Part shown: positions 25,521 through 32,000 of the stretch, in pieces | How the letters are laid out: every line of letters begins with the position of its first letter | Position numbering within the stretch: position 1 is the stretch's first letter | NCBI RefSeq assembly: GCF_000039765.1 | Contig: NC_004459.3 | Coordinates: 2,601,127-2,633,126 of the forward strand | Direction of reading: 5' to 3' | Source of the DNA: Vibrio vulnificus CMCP6 | GTDB taxonomy: Bacteria > Pseudomonadota > Gammaproteobacteria > Enterobacterales > Vibrionaceae | Length of the DNA stretch: 32,000 nt | Notes under the pieces: model-generated | Told to the model about the DNA's origin: nothing | Seen by the model: only the letters and a program-made list of their open reading frames with translations | Database searches by the model: none | Program-made: the position numbers and the translations under genes

Positions 25521-27179
25521 ATGATAAAACAACTATTACAGCAATCGACTTCAACCAATGGCAAAGCGCGACTCTATGCGTTTGAAAACACCGTTGAGTT
25601 GGGGAATCTGATACCGCCTACCGTGAGCTATGAAAGCGGTGGTAATACACTCATCGTCGGCCCTAGTGCCATTATTCAAAGTGCAGCCGCACAATTGAGT
25701 CAAATGACTTCGCTAACTTTGCTTTCAACCGATGGCGAGAAAGGCGATGCACAAATCTATTACGCTGATTCCGTTCAGTTGAGTGGTTTTTTGGGCACCT
25801 TTACGGTGCTGGTTGAAAACCAAGGCCAACGTTTGAATCTGGCGAAGGTGGCCATCAATCACGATGTTTTTGATGTGGTTCTGGATTTATCACTTAACGG
25901 CCTCATGTCGGAAGAGGTGCCGGTCCCTGGCTATTATCCTGTTGGGCGTGGCTATCCAAAACTAACGGATGCCCTGCAAGAAATTCCAACCCTAATGGGC
26001 ACGTTCGATAAGCCAAAATATTTCCGCTTAGATACCGATCTGTGTGCGCACAGTTCCCGTGGCGTTAAAGGTTGTGAGCGTTGTGTTGATGCTTGTCCGG
26101 CTGGTGCGTTAAGCAGCCAAGGTTCCGAAAAAACAGGGCATCGAATTGAGATCAATCCGTATCTCTGCCAAGGGGTGGGGACATGTGCCACCAGTTGTCC
26201 GACAGAAGCCATTCATTACGCATTACCTAATCCGCAAGAGACACAAAAGTTCATTGAAAGAACGCTGGCGAACTATGAAAGCGTTGGTGGTGTGAATCCC
26301 ATTATCCTGATTTGCAGCGAACGTCATGAAATGTACAACGTCATGGCACTCAAGGCGCTACCCGACAATGTGATTCCGATTGTGGTGGAAGATCTGCCCT
26401 CTGTCGGCATCGATAGTTGGTTTGCTGCGCTCGTTAATGGTGCAACGCAAGTCTTGTTTGCTGCAAGTCGCCGCATGCCCGCAACGATTCAGCGCGTATT
26501 GAATAGCGAAGTCGCGATCGCACAAGAGCTACTTGGTCAATTAGGCATTGCGAAAGAGTGTATCGATATTCTCTATCTCGAATCATTGATGGAAGGTGCA
26601 CCAGTCCTCTGTACTGAACATTTCGACCTTGCTCTTGGCGATTTGCAAGGCAACAAACGTCAACGATTATTTACTGCACTCGATGCGCTTGCAACCTCGC
26701 GTGTACCAGTAGAAAACATCGTCGCTCTTTCCAGTCATGCTCCCTATGGCGCCGTGTCTTGTGCAACAACGGGCTGTACCTTGTGCATGAGTTGTGTGGC
26801 GGTTTGTCCGACTCGCGCTTTGCACACCGATGGAGAAAGCCCTTCGCTTCAATTTGTCGAGCAAGATTGCGTGCAATGCGGTTTGTGCACCAAAGCCTGT
26901 CCTGAGCAAGTGCTGACACTAACTCCTCGTATGAATTGGGATAAAGAGAGCCGTCAAGCGGCGGTGGTGATCCATCAAGAAAAAGCCGCGGAATGCTTGC
27001 GTTGTCATAAGCCTTTCGCGCCTCAGTCCATGATCACTATGCTACAAGATAAGTTACGTGGTCACTCTCACTTTGCGAATGATGCAGCGCTTAATCGCAT
27101 TGCAATGTGTGAAGACTGCCGTGTCATCGATGTTTTTGAATCGATGGCGGTAAACCCAGAAAACCAACTGAATTACTAG
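25521..27179 (+). CDS. cytoplasmic multi-cluster 4Fe-4S ferredoxin-domain protein associated with FDH
   Basis: About 552 aa with no signal peptide. Ferredoxin motifs: CERCVDACP, CQGVGTCATSCP, CTLCMSCVAVCP, CVQCGLCTKACP. C-terminal CxxC...CxxC pair (CLRCHKPF...CEDCR). The ORF track start GTG 25506 remains possible. Confidence 0.85.
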   Translation: MIKQLLQQSTSTNGKARLYAFENTVELGNLIPPTVSYESGGNTLIVGPSAIIQSAAAQLSQMTSLTLLSTDGEKGDAQIYYADSVQLSGFLGTFTVLVENQGQRLNLAKVAINHDVFDVVLDLSLNGLMSEEVPVPGYYPVGRGYPKLTDALQEIPTLMGTFDKPKYFRLDTDLCAHSSRGVKGCERCVDACPAGALSSQGSEKTGHRIEINPYLCQGVGTCATSCPTEAIHYALPNPQETQKFIERTLANYESVGGVNPIILICSERHEMYNVMALKALPDNVIPIVVEDLPSVGIDSWFAALVNGATQVLFAASRRMPATIQRVLNSEVAIAQELLGQLGIAKECIDILYLESLMEGAPVLCTEHFDLALGDLQGNKRQRLFTALDALATSRVPVENIVALSSHAPYGAVSCATTGCTLCMSCVAVCPTRALHTDGESPSLQFVEQDCVQCGLCTKACPEQVLTLTPRMNWDKESRQAAVVIHQEKAAECLRCHKPFAPQSMITMLQDKLRGHSHFANDAALNRIAMCEDCRVIDVFESMAVNPENQLNY

Positions 27180-27188
27180 GGCACACGA

Positions 27189-27809
27189 ATGGATATCCAA
27201 CCAGAATCGTCATTAAGAGCCGATATTTATTTGCTGCTATCGACGCTATTTCGCCAAGCTCCATCTCCAGCATTGCTTGAGCTATTGACGTTGTTAGACA
27301 CCGTAGCGGATGGCAGTGAAATGCAAAATGCGTGGTTGCAATTGAAAGCGGCCTCGAACCGTTATTCCGACGCAGAGCTTGAAGAAGAGTACCAACAACT
27401 TTTTATCGGAATTGGTCGTGGGGAAGTGGTGCCATTTGCCTCTTGGCACCTCACGGGTTCTTTGATGGAAAAACCACTGGCCGAGATCCGTACCGATCTT
27501 GCTCGCCTTGGCTTTGAACGCCAGGAGCATGTCAAAGAGCCGGAAGATCATATTTCAGCCTTATGTGAAGTGATGGCGGCGCTGATGGAACAGACCGATG
27601 CGCAGCAACAGGCGTTTTTCAACCGCCACCTTGCGACTTGGTATGTTTCCCTCACCAAGCAAATCGATCAAGCCGAACACGCCGGATTTTACTTAGCGGT
27701 TAGCCAATTGCTCGGCGCATTTTTCAATCTGGAAAAAGTGCGTTTAACGAAAATCACGCCGGACAACAAAACCAAATTAAAAATTGAGATTAAAAACTTG
27801 GCGGATTAG
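27189..27809 (+). CDS. TorD/DmsD-family redox-enzyme maturation chaperone
   Basis: 206 aa with the family hallmark EPEDHIS (EPxDH) and the YQQLF motif. It lies directly upstream of Tat-dependent FdhA. Confidence 0.85.
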   Translation: MDIQPESSLRADIYLLLSTLFRQAPSPALLELLTLLDTVADGSEMQNAWLQLKAASNRYSDAELEEEYQQLFIGIGRGEVVPFASWHLTGSLMEKPLAEIRTDLARLGFERQEHVKEPEDHISALCEVMAALMEQTDAQQQAFFNRHLATWYVSLTKQIDQAEHAGFYLAVSQLLGAFFNLEKVRLTKITPDNKTKLKIEIKNLAD

Positions 27810-27871
27810 CCAAGCGATCTCTTTTAGAGAGGCTTAAGCCTCCAAAAATCTACCTGACAGGTAAGGAAGCA

Positions 27872-28072
27872 ATGATGAAAGAAAAAAATGAGATTAACGA
27901 AAGCCGTCGTGACCTTTTGAAAGGTATCGCCACGGCAGCAGTAGCAGGCGCCGTCGTTGCTGGCACCACACAAGTGGCCTCAGCCTCAGAAGTTACTCCT
28001 GTAGAAAAACAGGCGAAGAAAAAGGGATATCACGAAACTCAGCATATCCGCGACTATTACGAAACTCTGTAG
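27872..28072 (+). CDS. 66-aa twin-arginine-signal peptide/protein of FDH loci (formate dehydrogenase region TAT target type)
   Basis: Strong RBS AAGGAAG. Tat motif SRRDLLKG, hydrophobic h-region and an ASA cleavage-like site leave a mature part of about 30 aa (SEVTPVEKQAKKKGYHETQHIRDYYETL). Confidence 0.8.
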   Translation: MMKEKNEINESRRDLLKGIATAAVAGAVVAGTTQVASASEVTPVEKQAKKKGYHETQHIRDYYETL

Positions 28073-28084
28073 GAGCCATCGTCA

Positions 28085-30940
28085 ATGAAACTAATCAAAC
28101 GCTCAGACAGCGTCACGAAAGAGCAAAAACAGCTTGGCATTAGCCGTCGTGTATTTATGCGCAATAGTTCACTCGCTGCTGGTGGCGCGATTGCTGGAGC
28201 AAGCTTGTTTGCGCCAGGAATGATCCGTAAAGCGGAAGCGAAAAGTGTCGATGCGAGCGCACCTATCGAAGTAAAACGCACCATCTGTTCTCACTGCTCT
28301 GTAGGCTGTGGTATTTATGCAGAAGTGCAAAACGGTGTTTGGACGGGTCAAGAGCCAGCTTTTGATCACCCATTTAACGCTGGTGGTCACTGTGCCAAAG
28401 GCGCGGCATTACGCGAACACGGCCATGGTGAGCGTCGCTTAAAGTACCCAATGAAATTGGAAAACGGTAAGTGGAAAAAACTTTCGTGGGATCAAGCGAT
28501 CGAAGAGATCGGCAACAAAGTATTGGAAATTCGTGAGCAATCCGGCCCGGATTCTGTCTACTGGCTGGGCAGTGCCAAGCACAACAACGAGCAAGCGTAC
28601 ACCTTCCGTAAAATGGCATCGATGTGGGGCACCAACAACGTCGATCACCAAGCGCGTATCTGTCACTCCACCACGGTTGCTGGGGTAGCGAACACTTGGG
28701 GTTACGGCGCGATGACCAACTCCTTCAACGACATGCACAACTGTAAGTCGATGTTGTTCATTGGTTCAAACCCTGCCGAAGCCCACCCAGTCGCCATGCA
28801 GCACATCCTCATCGCCAAAGAGAAAAACAGCTGTAAGATCGTCGTTGCGGATCCTCGTCGCACACGCACCGCAGCAAAAGCGGATCACTATGTTTCTCTG
28901 CGCCCAGGTACCGATGTCGCGTTTATTTGGGGCGTGTTGTGGCATGTATTCAATAACAAATGGGAAGACAAAGAGTTCATTCGCCAACGCGTATTTGGTA
29001 TGGACGAGATTCGCGCTGAAGTGGCGAAATGGAACCCGAAAGAAGTTGAGCGTGTTACCGGTGTAAGCGAAGAAGACGTTTACCAAACAGCGAAACTGCT
29101 TTCTGAACATCGTCCGGGTTGTATCGTTTGGTGTATGGGCGGCACTCAGCACACGACGGGTAACAACAACACGCGTGCCTACTGCGTGCTTGAACTGGCG
29201 CTGGGCAACTTAGGTAAGTCCGGTGGCGGTGCGAACATTTTCCGTGGTCACGATAACGTGCAAGGCGCAACAGACCTTGGTGTGTTGTCACACACGCTTC
29301 CGGGCTACTACGGCTTGGCAGAAGGCTCATGGAAACATTGGGCGAAAGTGTGGGGCATCGATTTCGACTGGTTGAAAAACCGCTTTGACCAGAACAAGTA
29401 CAACGGCAAACAGCCGATGTTCAACATGGGTATTCCGGTGTCTCGTTGGATCGATGGTGTGCTGGAAAACAAAGACAGTATCGAACAAAACGACAACATT
29501 CGCGCCATGTTCTATTGGGGCCACGCGGTTAACTCGCAAACCCGCGGCGTAGAAATGAAGAAGGCGATGGAAAAACTCGACATGATGGTGATTGTCGACC
29601 CATATCCAACCGTCGCAGCCGTCATGAACGATCGCACCGATGGTGTCTATTTGCTTCCTGCAACAACTCAGTTTGAAACGCATGGCAGTGTGACGGCGTC
29701 AAACCGTTCCATCCAGTGGCGTGATCAAGTGATCGAACCGCTGTTTGAATCAAAACCCGATCATGAAATCATGTATCTATTGACCAAAAAGCTGGGTTTT
29801 GCCGATCAACTGTTTAAAAACGTTCGCGTTGTTAACAATCAACCCGTGATTGAAGACATCACTCGTGAGTTCAACAAAGGGATGTGGACCATTGGTTACA
29901 CTGGCCAAAGCCCTGAACGCTTAAAAGCACACCAACAAAATTGGCACACCTTCCACAAAACTACGTTGGAAGCAGAAGGCGGACCGGCGAATGGTGAAAC
30001 CTACGGTTTACCGTGGCCATGCTGGGGCACTCCAGAAATGAAGCACCCGGGAACCCACATTCTTTACGATACATCGAAACCTGTTGCACAGGGTGGTGGT
30101 ACCTTCCGTACACGTTTCGGCGTTGAGTTTGAAGGCAAGAGTCTGCTGGCCGATGGCAGCTACTCGAAAGACAGTGACATTCAAGATGGCTACCCAGAGT
30201 TCAGTGACAAACTGCTAAAACAACTGGGTTGGTGGGACGATCTGACTGCAGAAGAGAAAGTGCTCGCGGAAGGCAAAAACTGGAAAACCGACCTTTCAGG
30301 GGGTATCCAGCGTGTTGCCATCAAGCATGGCTGTATTCCTTTTGGTAACGGTAAAGCACGGACTATCGTGTGGGAGTTCCCAGATCGTGTGCCTCTGCAT
30401 CGTGAGCCTCTTTACACGCCACGTCGTGATTTGATTGCCGATTACCCAACATGGGATGACGCAGCTTCAATCTACCGTCTGCCAACGCTGTATAAGTCGA
30501 TTCAAGACCAAGATAAGTCGCAAGAGTATCCGATCATCCTCACTTCTGGCCGCTTGGTGGAATACGAAGGGGGCGGTGAAGAAACCCGTTCGAACCCTTG
30601 GTTGGCAGAACTGCAGCAAGAAATGTTCGTGGAAGTAAACCCGAAAGACGCCAACGATTTGGGCTTCAAAGATGGCGACATGGTTTGGGTTGAAGGGGCA
30701 GAGAAAGGCCGTATTCATGTTAAAGCCATGGTGACACGCCGTGTTAGACCAGGAATGGCATTCATTCCATTCCACTTTGGCGGCAAGTTCCAAGGTGAAG
30801 ACTTACGCAACAAGTACCCAGAAGGTACGGATCCGTACGTGATTGGTGAATCAGCAAACATCGCCACCACCTACGGTTACGATCCTGTCACTCAGATGCA
30901 GGAAACCAAAGTCACCCTCTGTAACATTCGTAAAGCGTAA
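28085..30940 (+). CDS. fdhA: periplasmic formate dehydrogenase catalytic subunit (bis-MGD, Cys-type)
   Basis: 951 aa. Tat signal ISRRVFMRNSSLAAGG. N-terminal 4Fe-4S motif CSHCSVGCG...GHCAKG. Active-site stretch HQARICHSTTVAG corresponds to E. coli FdnG HQARVUHGPTVA, with Cys (TGT 28661-28663) in place of Sec. RBS AGGAG. Confidence 0.95.
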   Translation: MKLIKRSDSVTKEQKQLGISRRVFMRNSSLAAGGAIAGASLFAPGMIRKAEAKSVDASAPIEVKRTICSHCSVGCGIYAEVQNGVWTGQEPAFDHPFNAGGHCAKGAALREHGHGERRLKYPMKLENGKWKKLSWDQAIEEIGNKVLEIREQSGPDSVYWLGSAKHNNEQAYTFRKMASMWGTNNVDHQARICHSTTVAGVANTWGYGAMTNSFNDMHNCKSMLFIGSNPAEAHPVAMQHILIAKEKNSCKIVVADPRRTRTAAKADHYVSLRPGTDVAFIWGVLWHVFNNKWEDKEFIRQRVFGMDEIRAEVAKWNPKEVERVTGVSEEDVYQTAKLLSEHRPGCIVWCMGGTQHTTGNNNTRAYCVLELALGNLGKSGGGANIFRGHDNVQGATDLGVLSHTLPGYYGLAEGSWKHWAKVWGIDFDWLKNRFDQNKYNGKQPMFNMGIPVSRWIDGVLENKDSIEQNDNIRAMFYWGHAVNSQTRGVEMKKAMEKLDMMVIVDPYPTVAAVMNDRTDGVYLLPATTQFETHGSVTASNRSIQWRDQVIEPLFESKPDHEIMYLLTKKLGFADQLFKNVRVVNNQPVIEDITREFNKGMWTIGYTGQSPERLKAHQQNWHTFHKTTLEAEGGPANGETYGLPWPCWGTPEMKHPGTHILYDTSKPVAQGGGTFRTRFGVEFEGKSLLADGSYSKDSDIQDGYPEFSDKLLKQLGWWDDLTAEEKVLAEGKNWKTDLSGGIQRVAIKHGCIPFGNGKARTIVWEFPDRVPLHREPLYTPRRDLIADYPTWDDAASIYRLPTLYKSIQDQDKSQEYPIILTSGRLVEYEGGGEETRSNPWLAELQQEMFVEVNPKDANDLGFKDGDMVWVEGAEKGRIHVKAMVTRRVRPGMAFIPFHFGGKFQGEDLRNKYPEGTDPYVIGESANIATTYGYDPVTQMQETKVTLCNIRKA

Positions 30941-30951
30941 GGAGTCTTGAA

Positions 30952-31560
30952 ATGGCTAGAATGAAATTCCTCTGCGACACCAAACGCTGCATCGAATGCA
31001 ACGGTTGTGTGACCGCTTGTAAAAATGAAAACGACGACGCATTAGAGTGGGGCATTCAGCGCCGCCGCGTTGTTACCTTGAACGATGGTGAACCGGGCGA
31101 AAACTCCATCTCAGTGGCCTGTATGCACTGTACCGATGCCCCTTGTATGGCGGTTTGTCCTGCAGACTGTTTTGAACATACCGAAGATGGCATTGTGCTC
31201 CACAACAAAGATCTGTGTATTGGTTGTGGTTACTGCCTGTTTGCTTGCCCATTTGGTGCGCCTCAGTTCCCGAAACAAGCCTCATTTGGCGAGCGTGGCA
31301 AAATGGACAAATGCACCTTCTGCGCCGGTGGTCCAAACACCGAACCGGGCTCAGAAGAAGAGCGTCTGAAGTATGGTGCCAACCGTATCGCAGAAGGCAA
31401 ACTGCCAATGTGTGCTTCGCTGTGTTCAACTAAGGCCCTCTTGGCAGGTGATGCAGAGAAAATCTCCGACATCTTCCGTCAACGTGTCGTGGAACGTGGT
31501 GCAAAAGAGGCCGGTTGGACCAACGGTGAAGATCTATCCTACGATGCAACTCGCAGCTAA
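30952..31560 (+). CDS. fdhB: formate dehydrogenase iron-sulfur subunit
   Basis: 202 aa with four ferredoxin-type Cys clusters (CIECNGCVTAC, CMHCTDAPCMAVCP, CIGCGYCLFACP, CTFC...C). RBS AAGGAG. It has no C-terminal TM, as in Wolinella/Shewanella-type FdhB. Confidence 0.9.
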   Translation: MARMKFLCDTKRCIECNGCVTACKNENDDALEWGIQRRRVVTLNDGEPGENSISVACMHCTDAPCMAVCPADCFEHTEDGIVLHNKDLCIGCGYCLFACPFGAPQFPKQASFGERGKMDKCTFCAGGPNTEPGSEEERLKYGANRIAEGKLPMCASLCSTKALLAGDAEKISDIFRQRVVERGAKEAGWTNGEDLSYDATRS

Positions 31561-31574
31561 GTTTGGAGAGAGTC

Positions 31575-32000
31575 ATGTTACAAGCGCTTAAACGTGGTTC
31601 TCTTGCAGTACTGTCTTTTTGGACAGTACTGCTGTTGACCTTAAGCTTTACCACGGTGGCACAAGAAAAAGAGAACTCTGTCGATCAAACGGAAATGACG
31701 CAATTAGCCGGGGCCGATTTTTGGCGTCAAGTTAGGGCAGGTGAGGCGGGTTACACCACGTCGACCTTTCCTGAGCACGGCGTGCTTATCAGTACCCCAG
31801 GTCAAACTTGGTATCTGTTAAAAGAAAAATGGATGTCGCCTGCCGGAGCAATCGCCATTTTTGGCAGCATTGCGATGGTGATCATGGCGTATGTGTTTGT
31901 TGGCCCTTTGATGCTCAGCAAACCTCGCACAGGGAAAAAGATCAAACGCTGGTCACGATGGGATCGCGCGCTTCACTGGAGCATGGCGTTTACCTTTCTC
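31575..32000 (+). CDS. fdhC: formate dehydrogenase cytochrome b (gamma) subunit, 5' part (truncated by the window end)
   Basis: ATG 31575 follows GGAGAG and the frame is open to position 32000 (142 codons), so it is not in the ORF track. It has an N-terminal hydrophobic segment, a periplasmic stretch, a first TM and the RWDRALHW heme-ligand-type motif. Confidence 0.8.
   Translation, partial: MLQALKRGSLAVLSFWTVLLLTLSFTTVAQEKENSVDQTEMTQLAGADFWRQVRAGEAGYTTSTFPEHGVLISTPGQTWYLLKEKWMSPAGAIAIFGSIAMVIMAYVFVGPLMLSKPRTGKKIKRWSRWDRALHWSMAFTFL

Noticed and set aside
25237-25554. 105-aa minus-strand ORF spanning the DUF3306-like / Fe-S intergenic region
   Set aside because: It overlaps the ends of both flanking genes, has no RBS, and covers the palindrome and the sigma-54 promoter, which explain the region better. 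Its hydrophobic composition looks like an AT-rich artefact.
28085-30940. Selenocysteine (in-frame TGA plus SECIS) in fdhA
   Set aside because: The 951-codon frame has no internal stop, and the Sec-equivalent position is a TGT Cys codon.
1-32000. Mobile elements, defence islands, CRISPR arrays, tRNA/rRNA genes
   Set aside because: I saw no transposase, integrase or phage-like ORFs, no direct-repeat/spacer arrays, no tRNA-like T-arm sequences outside coding regions, and no obvious compositional break. The window reads as core chromosome.

Overview
This is a gamma-proteobacterial chromosomal segment that looks Vibrio-like. That impression rests on my recognition of NagK-, YbiT-, MCP- and FDH-cluster-type proteins, and the species cannot be verified here. 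I saw no rRNA/tRNA, CRISPR, IS/transposase, integrase or phage genes. Left part (1-7.5 kb): sensory and housekeeping genes, namely a PAS-GGDEF cyclase, an NlpC/P60 lipoprotein, an MCP, a fatty-acid-hydroxylase-family membrane protein, a DTW protein and NagK. Centre (7.5-23 kb): a tightly packed minus-strand operon tupA-tupB-tupC-mobA-mobB::moeA (tungstate-type ABC uptake plus bis-MGD cofactor finishing). It is divergent from an NtrC-type sigma-54-dependent response regulator and its histidine kinase. Next come an uncharacterised 789-aa membrane protein with a degenerate P-loop domain, translationally coupled to an MscS-like channel, then ybiT (ABC-F) and a second MCP. Right part (23-32 kb): a periplasmic, cysteine-type (non-selenocysteine) formate dehydrogenase locus. 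It comprises fdhD, a DUF3305/DUF3306-like pair, a 557-aa poly-ferredoxin, a TorD-family chaperone, a 66-aa Tat-signal peptide and fdhA-fdhB-fdhC (partial). Main hunt result: five -24/-12 (sigma-54) promoter matches lie in only three intergenic regions, in front of tupA, the regulator, fdhD, the DUF3305 gene and the Fe-S/FDH structural genes. A shared 17-bp dyad TG[A/G]GACAAAAT[G/A]TC[C/G]CA occurs three times at enhancer distance from two of these promoters, once as the core of a perfect 16+16 bp palindrome. This supports one apparently uncharacterised sigma-54 regulon that couples oxyanion uptake, cofactor maturation and FDH expression to the local two-component system. All promoter and operator calls were made by eye and need PWM scanning and experiments.
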